DNA of 64,000 bases, taken from NCBI GenBank assembly GCA_044892525.1, contig CM097885.1, positions 19,470,001 to 19,534,000 of the forward strand, in the 5' to 3' direction. The position numbers and the translations under genes are program-made. The DNA comes from Schmidtea polychroa. Lineage: Eukaryota. Each line of letters opens with the position of its first letter. The first letter of the stretch is position 1. Under the pieces are notes generated by a model that did not search any database, had not been told where the DNA came from, and worked only from the letters and a program-made list of their open reading frames with translations. Below, one piece after another: positions 38,268 to 52,320 of this stretch.

Positions 38268-38270
<3 letters not shown>
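37380..38270 (-). pseudogene. Major capsid protein, copy 2; 5' part lost at a (TA)n tract
   Basis: Closely similar to 3205-4093 (HKAIIETILNYN..VRRVRVDPSVLAGH..GNLRLDIKFAKA); frameshifts. Confidence 0.93.

Positions 38271-38331
<61 letters not shown>
38271..38331. repeat. (TA)n microsatellite at the deletion junction
   Basis: Visible directly. Confidence 0.97.
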
Positions 38332-38337
<6 letters not shown>

Positions 38338-38415
38338 CCTTAATTAACCTATAACATTTAAAATTCATTTCTTTGTATACCAAAAATCATTTCAGACTTT
38401 GTTAATTAGCATAAA

Positions 38416-38960
38416 ATGGATCACGTTTTGGTCATGTCTGTCTGTCACTTGAAACTTTGTTTACAATTCATCTGTTTCAATTCATTAGATATTACAACTA
38501 CAAATGGACCATCAAATTACAGGTTTGTTGTCATTTGCAAATATTCCATTTAATAGTTTTTAAATTTAGGAGTATTGAAGAGAAAAATACAGATGCCGCT
38601 CAGGAATTCGGAAAACGGAAATTTAAAGAATCGACATTATCCCTGGAAACCTTGCTCAATGTTCGAGTGGATACAAAAAAGCCAATAGAATTCTTGCAAT
38701 ACAAACTAAATTATTTGTATTGTCCAATTTCTTATATATTTAAGGTAAGTTTGTTTAAATTATTTTGGATTTTATTATTTATTTATTGTTAGGAACCAGC
38801 AACTTTAGAAAAATGTTTCTACAATGTTCGATTTTCCAAAATCAAGTTCAATGATAACATGATATTGGGACAATTATTTCAGAGAATGAACGAAAATATT
38901 GAATTCAATGAAGAAGATTTGTTTATTAAATGCGATTTGGATATGATTCTCAACTCCTAA
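38416..38960 (+). CDS. Spliced hypothetical Polinton gene (exons 38416-38522, 38570-38744, 38793-38960), ~149 aa
   Basis: GT..AG introns of 47 and 48 nt keep one frame: ..GPSNYR|SIEEKNTDAAQEFGKRKF..YCPISYIFK|EPATLEKCFYNVRF..DMILNS*. Confidence 0.55.
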
Positions 38961-39325
38961 CCCAGTCAATAGTTTCAATAAATTCTTTAGTTTTTCACAT
39001 CTGGCATCATTCTCCTTTGCTTTATTAGCTAGTCTAATCATGATAATTCATCCACCATGATCATCGACCCATGGCATAATTTTTGATTCAGTAATCTAAA
39101 TAATGTTGATGTCAATTTGATCAATCAAAATAATACCTCTACAGACCTTTGAAAATAATTTTCAAAGTCTAAGCCCGATTTTTCCAAAAAATGTTTCATA
39201 CACATGAAAGCTATAATAATTCGAGACCATGTAATTTCATCATCGAATAATGTATAAAATATTTCCTCGAATAATTTTTTCACATCGGGAGTGTGACTTA
39301 AATGGTTCTCGTGTTGAATTGACAA
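38950..39325 (-). pseudogene. Bcl-2-family homolog (BH1 and BH2), 41-nt intron 39096-39136, stop in BH2; both ends uncertain
   Basis: LFEEIFYTLFDDEITWSRIIIAF (BH1: LFxDxxxWxRI), then after splicing ITESKIMPWVDDHGG* (BH2: WIxxxGGW with TGG>TGA at 39048-39050). Confidence 0.8.
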
Positions 39326-39339
39326 GCGATGTATCTGCG

Positions 39340-42300
39340 ATTAATTCTCCTGACATTGTTGTTCCAGATTGTCTCATTAAAGAAATAGAAGATCATATTC
39401 AACGAATGGGGACAGTAAAAATACAATTTGGACTTTGTGCAGAGTTTATCAACGAGGATGGTGAAATTAAAAAATGGTGTTTGTCGAATAAAGCAATTAC
39501 AATGTCATCTTCATTTATTAATGATGGAATTGAAAAAATTAAAAGAAAAGTTGGAGAAATACACTCAACAAAGTAGTGGGTGGAGAATTCATAAAATATT
39601 AGAAGTTACTATGATTTTAACTAAATTATCAGACATAATACATGTATCTGGTACGTTTTAAACATTATTATATATAAATCAAGTTATTTACTTAGGTTCA
39701 AGTTACGTTAAAACGCCAAATTACCTGAAAAACTGTAATTTACTGTTAATGTTCAAAACAATGATCAATTCTGTTTTTTATATAGCATACTAGCCGTGTT
39801 ACGTTATGATGATATACGCCGGGATAGAGAAAGAACAACAAAATATAACTTAAGTGGTAATATATATATATTAATAAATGTCATAAATCATTGAATTTTG
39901 TTTTTAAGATTTAAAATGGAAATTTGAATGGTTTCCCATGAAGTTGGTTAACATTTGCCAATTTGAAGCAATGAATCCAAATCTAGCGATCAATGTTCTC
40001 AAATATAATAAAGATCCAATTAAACAAAAAACTAATGATATTTTCAAGAATCCGTTCGTTGACTTGGTATATAGAAGTACTTCGACGGGATCTCAGATAT
40101 ATCTCCTATTGATTGAAGAAGGTAATATTTTCTTTAATCATTAAAAATATTAACTAAACTTTAGAATTAAATTATCATTTTTTGGCTGTAACCAATCTCG
40201 ATCGACTGCTGAATTACAGAGATAGAGTAGAAGGAGTCAGAATCCAATCACAATGGTGTCATACATGTCTTCATGGGTTTCGAAAACGTCCTGCTTTTGA
40301 AAGACATATAGGTCTTTGTAGGAAGAATGTGGAGCGGACGACTCTATACTCAATGCCAGAGAATAAATATATCGAATTTAAAGACTGGAGTAAAACTATA
40401 AAACAACAGTTTGTTGTCTACGCGGACTTTGAATCGATATTACCTCTAGATGACAAGCACTTCCAAAAACATGAGCCGATTGCATCTGAATTTGTGCTTC
40501 TTCATCAAGGTTGTCCGATCCGAAATGAAACATTTGTTGGGAAAAACTGTATCATTCAGTTTATACAAGCATTGGATGATATAGCTACAGACATAGTTTA
40601 TCCGTGGTATAAAACTAATGGATCAAAGGAAATGATGGAACTCACCTGGGAACAACAGGAAGAATTCACGACTCAAACTCATTGCTACCTTTGTAAAAAG
40701 ATTATTAATATACCTATTCGAGATCATGATCATTTTACTGGTCAATATCTCGGAGCAGCATGTCAAGATTGCAACTTGGCTAGAAGAATCAATCCGTCTT
40801 TACCTGTTGTATTTCATAATCTTCGTGGATATGACATTCATCATATATTAAAATATGCAATTGGAAAATTCCACGATTGGAATTTAATTGTTATTCCTCA
40901 ATCAACAGAAAAGTTTCTCACACTTACAGCGACATCGAAAGGCAGAAGAATTAGATTCATTGATTCTTTACAATTTTTAAATAGCAGCTTGGCAAATTTA
41001 TCAAAAAACTTGCCACGTCTTCCACTGACCTCAGATGTTTTCGAATCGCAGATGATGACTTGTAAAACCATTTTTCTTTATGATATGGCTACGTCAATGG
41101 ATGTTTTACAGTCAATAACAGAATTACCAACGATTTGGGAAGGAGTTAGTCAAGAAGATTATATACATGCAAATCAAATCTGGCGACAATACAACTGTGA
41201 GACACTGCTAGATTACATGCTCGTATATCTCAAGTTGGATGTTTTTCTACTAGCAGATATTGTTGAGGCTTTCAGAGAAAAAAACATTTGACGAAGATGG
41301 ACTTGAGGCTCTGTTGTTTGTTTCCATACCTGGATTAAGTTGGGCATCAGCAATTAAACAATTAGCTGAACCGATAGAACTTATTCAAGATCCAGAGCTT
41401 TACCGTTTATTTGAAGCTGGTATTCGCGGTGGAATGACATTTATCAACAAACATCATGTTGAAGCTGATGAATCCACACAAATGTCATACCTAGATGTTA
41501 ATAATTTATATGGATGGGCAGTGTCGCAAAAACCTCCTATTAGTGAATTTAGATGGTTAGAAGATCAGACTGAAATGGATAGTATTATTAAAAGATGTAT
41601 GAATGGAGATGAGTTTGATGGAGATCGTGGATATGTTTTGGAGGTTGATATCGTCATTCCAGATAGTATACAGGATAAACTAGAAGATTTACCTATAGCT
41701 CCTGAGCTTTTTTATCCGCCTGGAAGTAAAGTTGAAAAGTTGTTATTAACACACGAACCAAAGACCAATTATGTTATTAATAGTAGAATTTTGACTGAAT
41801 GGTTGAGTTATGGCGCAAAAGTCACAAAAGTTAATCGTGCTGTAGAATTCAAGCAAGTAGCTATTTTCAAAGGCTATATTGATTACAATACTCAAATGAG
41901 AGCAGCTAGTACAGATTCATTTCAGCGAGATTATTATAAGTTAAAGAACAACAGTTTATACGATAAAACCGTGGAAAACCTTAAGAAACGTATAAATTTG
42001 AGATTATGCAGCAAAAGAAAAAGATTGATAACTTATTGTAGTAATCCTACGTTTCGTCGTAGCATCAAGATTGCGGATGATCTCATTGCTGTTATACTTG
42101 ATAAGGAAATGGTGTGTTTAGATAGACCAATGTACATTGGACAAACCGTACTTGATTTATCTAAACTTCGCATGTACCAGTTTCAATATAAAGAACTACA
42201 GAGTTACAGAGAAGAATTTAATTGTCAAATTAATATCGTAGTCGGTGACACAGATTTCTTCTTTTTAGAGTGTAAAAATGTTGATTTACGCTTACAACTG

Positions 42301-42771
42301 TATCCAAAAATGATTGCCGATGAGCTTCTAGATACTTCAAATTATCCAGTCGCTGATCCATTGTTCTCAGATAAAATTTGTTCGGTAATCTGGAAATTCA
42401 AGGTTTTGAATAAAGGAAATCAATATAAAGAATGGGTGTTTCTTCGACCCAAGTGCTACTAACTCCAAGGCGATAAAAAACACTCTAAAACCCAAAGGAA
42501 TAAGACTTACAAATTCTAATCTTACACATGAAGCCTATAAAAAAGTGTATACTAATGTGGAACAGTGAGCATCCCACAAAAAAGAATAGGAAGTGTCAAT
42601 CATCAGTTGTATACTTTCATGACAGAAAAACGAGCTCTCCAATGTTTGGACGATAAAAGGTATTGGTACCATTGTAATGAAAGTTATGCCTACGGTCACT
42701 ATATGATTCGTCAAATGCATATTGCAACTGCTATGTCTAGAAATGAATGCAAATCGAAACAAGCACTTTAA
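39340..42771 (+). pseudogene. Protein-primed family B DNA polymerase B; three introns (39651-39695, 39857-39908, 40122-40164); frameshifts and stops
   Basis: SGWRI, NVQNNDQFCFLYSILA, VYADFES, RDHDHFTGQYLGAACQDCN, FHNLRGYD, FIDSLQFL, YLDVNNLYG, KLKNNSLYDK, GDTDF, LRPKCY, DDKR..AYGHY. Confidence 0.95.
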
Positions 42772-45700
42772 CAATTAAATTTATGTGAATAATAAAATAT
42801 ATATTGTGAATTATTTGACTTAGTTAATTAAAATGTGTTTTATCATTTAATTATTCATTTGTCCAATTAATTTAGATAATTAGTTACAAGTAAGAAATAT
42901 TATTTTTGTGTTTATTTTATTTATTTATTTATTTTTTCCGAAAAATTAATATCCGGTTTATCTAAAATTAACTCAGCGTTTTATTTTCTAATAAATTAAA
43001 TAATTTCTAATTAAAATTTTATTCAAATTGAAATATTATTGTTATAATTTACGTTCTTGTTAGAATATAATGTAAATGTAAAATTAAAAAAAAATAAAAA
43101 ATAATAATAAATAAATAAATAAAATAAATAATAATAATAATTAAATAACGTTAGTAATTAAAATAAAATATTAATAAACTAATTAATTAAGAATATTAAA
43201 AAGAAAAAAAATAAATAGAAGTAATTAAATAAAATTTAAATTAAAAAATAAATAAATTAATTAAAAATAATAATAATAATAATTAAATAGCGTAAGTAAT
43301 TAAAATAAAATATTAATAAACTAATAAATTAATTAAATGTAATAAATTAAAATAAAACATAATAAAATAATTAATTAATAAAATTAAAAAGAAAAAATTA
43401 AAAAGAAGTAATTAAATAAAATGTTAATTTAAAAAATAAATGATTCGATTGGTCTATATTTGATCTTGATATTCCATGACCTTGAAAGTGCCGCTGGAGT
43501 CCTCATTATATACTACTATAATTTTGGGAAATATCTGAGTTGGAAAATTTTTAGAAATTTATTTTGGGGATTTTTTTTTGATTTGGAAATATTTTGTAAA
43601 TATTCCATGTGATTTTTTCTAGTAATTTGTTGATTTTTTCCAAGTATTTTTATATAAAAATTTCTAAGTGGTGTGACCTTAAAATTTTCAAATTTATCCA
43701 GGCATTTATATTTTTCAAATTTTTTTCTTAGTCAAGTGGTGTGATCTTCACTTTAAAGTGCTTTCATATTTAAAAAAAAATTTTTCTAAGTATATTATTA
43801 AAACTTTTGTTCATTGTCCCACCCTGTGTTGTAGAATATGATTTTATTTCTATAATATAAGATTTTCTGTTTGATAATATATGAATGATGTTATTCACTG
43901 TCTCGTCGTGTGTTGAAGTATACGATTTTAATTCTATAATATAAGGCTGGTGTAATCATCATAATATATAGAAGTTGTTAAATTATGGCGTAAATTTAGA
44001 GACTTTGAAGCTCATTTCCATGGAAACTATGCATTTTGTTCTATATATAGACTATATTTTCGTGTCCGTTATAAAATTCCTAGTTTAAAAAATATCTCCA
44101 GGGGGGGTTGTGGTGTGGAAGGGACATATCTATCAACTAACATCAGTCTTAGCAATCTTAGTTGTATAGTTTTCAAACTGATTAACTCGCCCTTACATAT
44201 AATGATAATAAAAGGATCTAGGAGGAGAAGAATGAAAGTCTGGCATATGATCATTATATAATACCAAATTGTGGTAAATTTGCAGAATAATCATCAAACT
44301 GTTCCTTAAACCGTTCACTTCTCATATCGATTTAATATATGTCTACTTACATATTTGTTTTGTTGTTATTATTGTTGTAATTAAACAATTAAAAATTCAC
44401 TTATTAAGTATGGAATATTTATCGATTACTGTTATTTAGTAAGTAGTAAACAGAAAAAATATCCTTATCAAATAACTACTCAGTTTATTTTAGAGATGAT
44501 ACAGTTAAGGAAAAATTACCAATTGTTATATTACCAATCCAAAAAGATCCATCCATAAACTATGTTTGTACCAAGAGAGGTGGGTGTTCTGAAATAGGAA
44601 ATTTGCTGCATCAATTTATATAGAGAAGCGATGTACGAATTGAGTTCAACCAATAAATTTACAATTACCTATTCTAGATATTTTATTCATTTTTCTTCTG
44701 GCAAAAAATAAAAATTAATTCTGTGTAACCCAATTCTTAGGCTTTGCTATTATTAAGTGTTATTACCACTTGATTAATGAAAAACCGGCAATTTGTGTTT
44801 CATAAAAATAATTTTTGATTTTTTGTCATAATGAAAACAAATGAAATATCAAGAAAAGAAAACAGAACAAAGGTGACCAAAAAATATAAAGGACTCACTG
44901 ATAGGAATTACTTATTCGTTATTCACCATTCTAATATTATTTATTATTTTTGCCATTTTCAGAAAATTAGATAATAAGCAAAGATTTTAAAGTGCAATAT
45001 TTATTTTTAAATATTAAAAAACTATGCAATATTAAAACAAAAGAAATGGTCAATCATGATTGAAATAAAAGAATTTGGTTTTTGTAAATTTTACAAAGCA
45101 TTTTTAGTGCCTGAATTTCTTTTATTAAATTAATTTAAGGTTAAATGATCACATTTTGAATTTGAATGGGTAAAGGTTTAAGTTATAAATATAAAATGAA
45201 TTTTTTTGAAAATAAAATTTTGTAACAGATAGAGTGACCACTTCGGTTTCACACGAAGATCTAATATTTTGTCGATATATCTCCGGTCTCCGGTCGGGTC
45301 AAGCCATTTCTTCAGTTATTTTATATCAGTTCGTTAAAAGGGACTTAAAATATTTTAAATCAGAAATTTAAATATTATATATTATATCTAATGAAATTTT
45401 AAATAAAGACATACTAAAAATAAAGGAAACATATACATTTCTGGCGGAAGTTTCTTAGTTTTTGAGCCTTATCATAGACATGGACTTCTATAAAGAATAA
45501 ATTTCTAGTGATACACTCGACCAAATTAGATACATAAGATGGCAAGTCCTTTGGTATTGGACACTATAAAATAAATTATGATAAAGATAATATCAGATAG
45601 AGACAAAGGAACTTTGACAATTATTGATACTAGAATCAGAAATACAAAAGCCGATTTATTGAAAATTTGGGTACAATTAAATCCTTATTGGAAACACTGC

Positions 45701-45859
45701 AAGTTGTAGTTGATATTTCAAGAATTGACCAATTTAGAGTTGGCTTCTTTTTATCCTATTTTATGTGAGATAATACTCGTTCCAAGTTTTACAGTTTCTG
45801 AATCACTTTTCAGGTCAAAGAGACATCATAATATATATTCCCGATGTTTAATATTATAA

Positions 45860-46112
<253 letters not shown>

Positions 46113-46999
46113 TATTATAAAAAATTTTAATTTTTTTTGTTGTTCAATACTTATAGATCAATAAAATTCTTAAAATTTAAAACCTAAATAAAAATTAAAA
46201 AATGTACTCTAGATCGAAGGAAATATTTTAACAGAGATTTTCTAAGAAAAGTCAAATTTTCAGTTTATTTATACAAATTATTCTTGCTCATTTATTTTTC
46301 AATTTATTTCTAATAAATAATGTAAATAATTTTTTATTGAAAAATCTTTTATTTTGTAAATTTTAAATCTTTTATTTTAAATAAAATATATTTAAAATAA
46401 TTTAAATTTAAATTTCGAAGTAAACATAACTATTTTGAAAATAATTCACTTCCCAGTAATGACAAAGAGATTTCTATTAAAACAAGTAAATTACTTTATT
46501 TGTAACGAAAAATTCATAATTTAAATTCTTGATCTAGATTATGATCAGATTGAACTTCTTAAAAGATTATCCATTTGAAAATTCACAGAAAATAATTTTC
46601 ATTTAAATTTTCTCCAGACAAAATCTGAATTTATGAAGCAGCTTTCCCATTTTGAAATTTTGTGATAGTATGTTGGTTATGTCGATGTATTTTATTGAAA
46701 TATTTAAGCATTTTTTTTTATTTTCTCAAAGATATATTTCTATTACCCTTTAGACGTTTTTGACCACAGGTACTCATTGGGAATTTACAAGGTTAAAACT
46801 TGTAAATAATTATGAAGTTTTATTCACATTGGGCATAATGTTTTTATTATTAATTGAATATTTATTGAAATACGCATATTAATTTCATAGTTTGCATTAA
46901 TTATGTTGGAAACTTAAAATAAAAATTATTTTAAAATAATTTTGAATGGAGACCAAATAAAATGGAGATAAAAAATATGATCAGGATAAAATTTAAAGC

Positions 47000-47141
<142 letters not shown>

Positions 47142-48170
47142 TGTGGTTAATTCTGATTACTCACGTCTGTGTGCGCACACCTTTTCTTGTTTGTGCACAG
47201 AAAACCAAATACTGGACCAGAACGGGAAGTAAAACAATATATACATTATTTTTAATTATAATTAATTTCAATTTCAAAAAAAATTTTTGTTTTTAATTAA
47301 TTAATTAATAATTAAATTTCAATCAATTAATAATTGATTTGGTGCTTGATGCGGAAATTTAAAGGAAATTTTGATTAATCTAAAGCAGAAATCAATCGAT
47401 TTTAATCACAGATATTCTCACAATAAACTTTTAGAAAAAATCTCTCAAAAAATTTCACAACCAACCAAGCGAATAAATTGATTTCTGCGCCAGAAATTCA
47501 TAGATTACCGCTTCAGAAAATAAAAATAAAAAATCCCTTCTTTCATGTACTATGGAAGAGCGACAAACAAGGAAAAAATTATATTTTTGATGATTGAGAA
47601 AAGACTTCAATTATAAAATATAAAATAATTTTAATATCTAAAAAATAAAATTAAAAAATAAAATTTTTCATTAAATTACCTGAAATTTATTTTTCAGTTT
47701 TTCCTTGATATTTTGATGATATGAGCTTTTGATGTTAACTTAATCTCTTCATTGTTTGACCAGTTTTTTTTTACTTACTTCGAAAATTCTTCAATTCTTT
47801 AATACTTAACGTTCATTAAAAAGACTTTAGTCAATATCAACTTGTTCTGTCTTTTTATAGGCTTCAATTAGATTTATTTACCTTTATAAAAGTACACAAT
47901 TAATTTAATTTTTATTTAAAAGATGCATAATAAAATGCTATACTGCCACCAGAGTTGTTTACAGTACTCCTTATATTAGTGTTCATTTTTCACTGAGTTC
48001 TCTGTTGAGTGTTTAATAAAATGGCTATAATAATAATTTGAATAAGATACCTTCAAAATTATATATTTTTTAATACAATAACATTCAGATTAGATTCAAA
48101 ATTATTTTTTAAAAAATATATTAAAACCTAAAAACGAAAAGTGAAATTTTAAAACTTCAAAATTTGAGTC

Positions 48171-48380
<210 letters not shown>

Positions 48381-48389
48381 AACCATCGA

Positions 48390-50336
48390 CTGGGATGCTA
48401 CCCGAAATTAGAAAAACCCGCTACCCGATAGTAATTTCTTACCCGACTCTGCGGGACCCGACCATATTAGAAAAAATACCCAATGCCGGTAATAGGTTTA
48501 TTTCTTTTTGAAAAAACTTAAAAGAATTTATTTAGTATTCAAAAAGTCAATAATTTCAATATAAATTATAATAGATGGCGAAATTAATACAGTTGTTTCA
48601 ATGAAATAATAATAAATTCCATATTTCTTTTGCAAGGGTATTAGGCGTGTTGAATTGAATTTCTTTTCTATCTATCCATCATATTTTATCGAGGTTTTAT
48701 TAAAAATGGAAAGAACAAAACAAACTGATGAAGAAATCATTGCAATAATAACTCCAATGTCTAATTATTCATATTTTTTTGTTATCAACAATGTTCTAGA
48801 TGTCGCTATATGCAAAATGCGTTCTTCAAAACTTTCGTATAATCGGAAGAAAACAGGAACAAGCTGTCGTTTGAAATATTTAAAAAGCAAGCATCAGAAA
48901 GTGGCATCAGAGAAGTCGAAATGTTCAATATCTTCTAATCAACCTAGTCTACTCAAATTCAATTTTCAAAATTCTTCTGAGAATGCAATATCAATTATGT
49001 CTCCAATTAAAAGATGTGTATTAGCTCTATGTTCAAGTCGACACGTACTTTCATTTCAATTATCCCGTAGTTTCAATCTTCCAAAAATTTCAAGAGTGAT
49101 TGTTAGAAATGAAATTATTCAAAAAGCTCGAGAGAAACGTGAATTTTTGTTTTCTCAAAATAGAGGACAATGGATAACTTTAGCGTTAGATGGATGGGAA
49201 AACCCATTTTCAAATGACAAACATCTATCTTTAATATTTTTCTTTTGCAATCGACCATCAATACCTGTGTTCTTCAAAAGCTTCCAAATTCATGATTCAA
49301 CTGCAGATACAATTTCAAATTGTGTTTTTGAAGCAATTCAATTTTTGAGTATGTATGAAATTACAATTATTGCTATCGTTACTGATAATCCCAGAAATAT
49401 GATAGCTGCTACTAATAATATATTCGACTTGAATCCTTCAATTCTTCCTTTACGTTGTGCAGCTCATATTTTGAACTTGATTATAAAAGATTCATTTAAA
49501 GAAGTAGAGCTGTTGAGGAACTCATTGAGTATTTTGCAAGAATTCATCAATAATGGAACGATATCAAGATGCTGTGAAACACATTGGAATAGTGTCTTTG
49601 ATAAACTAATTAAACTTTTGAAATTAATTGAACAAAATTCAAATTATAATGAAGAATTAATTCATAGAATTCAAAATGCTATCACCACGATACAACCAAT
49701 TATTAATGCTCTAAATTATAATCAAAAAGATTGTTGAAATTGGATTGACTTTCATAAAATATTTGAAGGTGTGATTACACAAATTCGTGAATCTGAAAGA
49801 AATTCATTGATGCAAATTATTGAAAAAAGAATTCCTTTAATTGCTAATCCTATTATTAAATTGATTCAATTTGTAAATGAAAAAAAATTCGTTAAATGAT
49901 AATGATTACTCAATTCTATCTAGATAGCTTAATTCATTGAATATTCCTGAATTTAATCAAAATGCAGCTGATATTGAATTCAATCCCTATGCGAACATTT
50001 CTAAAAGATTGCAATTACTTTTGAATAATAAAATTCTTGAAATTTCTATAAGAAAAGCAGCTGTTGAAAGATGTTTTAATGTTCATAAACATATTCATAC
50101 TCCAATAAGAGCTAATCTTTCATCAAATCTTGTTGATGATATTTTATTTTTGAGATATAATTATAATTTAGTTCTTATTTAAAATGATCAAGATAACTTT
50201 GATACCATGCTCCCTTTGATTGAAGAATAAAAAATGAGTTTATTTGAATATTACCCGAATTCGGGTCCCGTTACCCGATAATAATTACTCGCTACCCGAA
50301 ATAAATACCCGGGTACCCGCTCAGGTAGCATCCCAG
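48390..50336 (+). mobile_element. hAT DNA transposon 2
   Basis: 13-bp TIR CTGGGATGCTACC / GGTAGCATCCCAG; subterminal TACCCG repeats at both ends; 8-bp TSD accatcga / atcatcta (6/8 match). Confidence 0.88.
48706..50230 (+). pseudogene. hAT transposase, disrupted
   Basis: LALDGW (D1), IVTDNPRNM (D2), RCAAHILNL (CxxH), ETHWNS, AAVERCF..RANLS (E, dimerisation domain); stops and a frameshift. Confidence 0.9.
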
Positions 50337-50627
50337 ATCATCTATCAACGTTCAACTAACTTAATTTTAAGGGATATTTAAACTTCTAAAATTCAATATT
50401 ATTTAAATTTAAAATTAACATATAATATCAATATAAAATAAATTTATTTTTTCTCTATTTTCTATAAAATCAATAGATAATGATTAAAATTACTTGAAAA
50501 AGACTGCCGAAAATTTATGAATATTAAAAAGACATCGATATCTTTACTGATTCATAGTCAATTTTTTAATAAATATAATGTCCATTGAAACTGAAAAGAA
50601 ATCATAGATAAAAATGAGAAGTTCTTA

Positions 50628-50895
<268 letters not shown>

Positions 50896-52185
50896 AAATA
50901 AAATTTGATCGTAATTTTAGTCCTACGGAATCATAACATTTGAATATTTCCACTTTAAAGAAATAATATCTATATTAATTTAAAACCCAAAAATGTCAGT
51001 GTGAGATAAAAACCTTAAAATCAATTACTAAATTCAAATATATTTTTATAAATTTAAAATATAATAAAAATGACACCAAATTGACATTTAGGAAATAATG
51101 TTTTCATTATAATTTTAAAAATTAAATTAAACAAAATAAAATATAAAATATTTTCCATTATTATACATATAAATTTGTTTTATAGAATTTGTATAGTCAA
51201 ATTAAACATCATTAATCTTTTAAATAAATCTTTCTTTAATAACTTCTTAACAATTCATTAAAAATTTTCCAATAAAAGTTAATAATTTTCAAATTAAGGT
51301 TTTTCGAAAACAAAATATTTAACAGAAAAAAAACAATGAGATTATAGCCGAATCCGACAATTCTGAAAGATATTTACGAAGGAAATCTAGAAGTACATTC
51401 AAATTTTGTTTTACTGAATAAAAACAAATTTCAATATTTTTGAAATTATTTGTTCCACGTAATGATTTTTGGAAATTAAATTTTTCATTTGCAAAAAAAA
51501 ACTAATTCTATTTCAATAATTAATGTGAGATAGTGAGAAAATTGATAAATTCTCACTTAAAATTAATTATTAATGGAATAAATTTTATGGCTGCCAAATT
51601 TTGGGAGAAATTTTCGTCTTCTTTAATTTTTATAGACAACTTATGATTTTTCGGACAAATTTCTTAAAAAGAAATACATCTCTGTTTTTAATTCAAAATA
51701 AAATTACAATAAAAATTTAGCCTAAAATGTAAAATGTGACGTCAGTTAATAAACAAATTTGATTTAAATTTAATTATTAGAATTTGCATTAGTTAATTAA
51801 AATATCACGGTGTGAAATGATTAGATAAAAGAAAATTGAAGTTCTAAATTTTTTCAAGTTTTCACAAAAAACCTTTTTAAAAATTTGTAATTATAATTTA
51901 AATTATTAATCACACTATTTTTTAATTATTAAAATTCCTATGAATAACAGCAATTTTTCAGCACAATCTTTAGCACTGACCTACTGGTATTTAGTAAAAA
52001 TTATTCTAATTTCAATTAAAGATAAATATAAAATTAAATATTTTTCTGGTAATTCAATTTTAAAAATCTTTTTAAAATTTTTAAAATTATTTTTATTTTA
52101 ATAAGAAATTTTTTTCACTAGATTAAGAGCTTTAAAATCCAAACAAATTCTAATATTGTCTTTTCCTTTTTTTCTTAACACAAAC

Positions 52186-52320
52186 TAGAGGTGAATTACA
52201 TTTTCGATAATTCCATTCTCTTCCATTTTCATAATATTTTCATATATTTTACTTAGTAAATGCACAGATTGCCGTTTAGGATTAATCGCTATAGAAGGTC
52301 CTGTCGTTTCACATTCTCAC
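52186..52320 (-). pseudogene. Short Gypsy pol fragment (segment preceding RT)
   Basis: CETTGPSIAINPKRQSVHLLSKIYENIMKMEENGIIE resembles the P..PRR....I..M...GII pre-RT motif. Confidence 0.45.
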
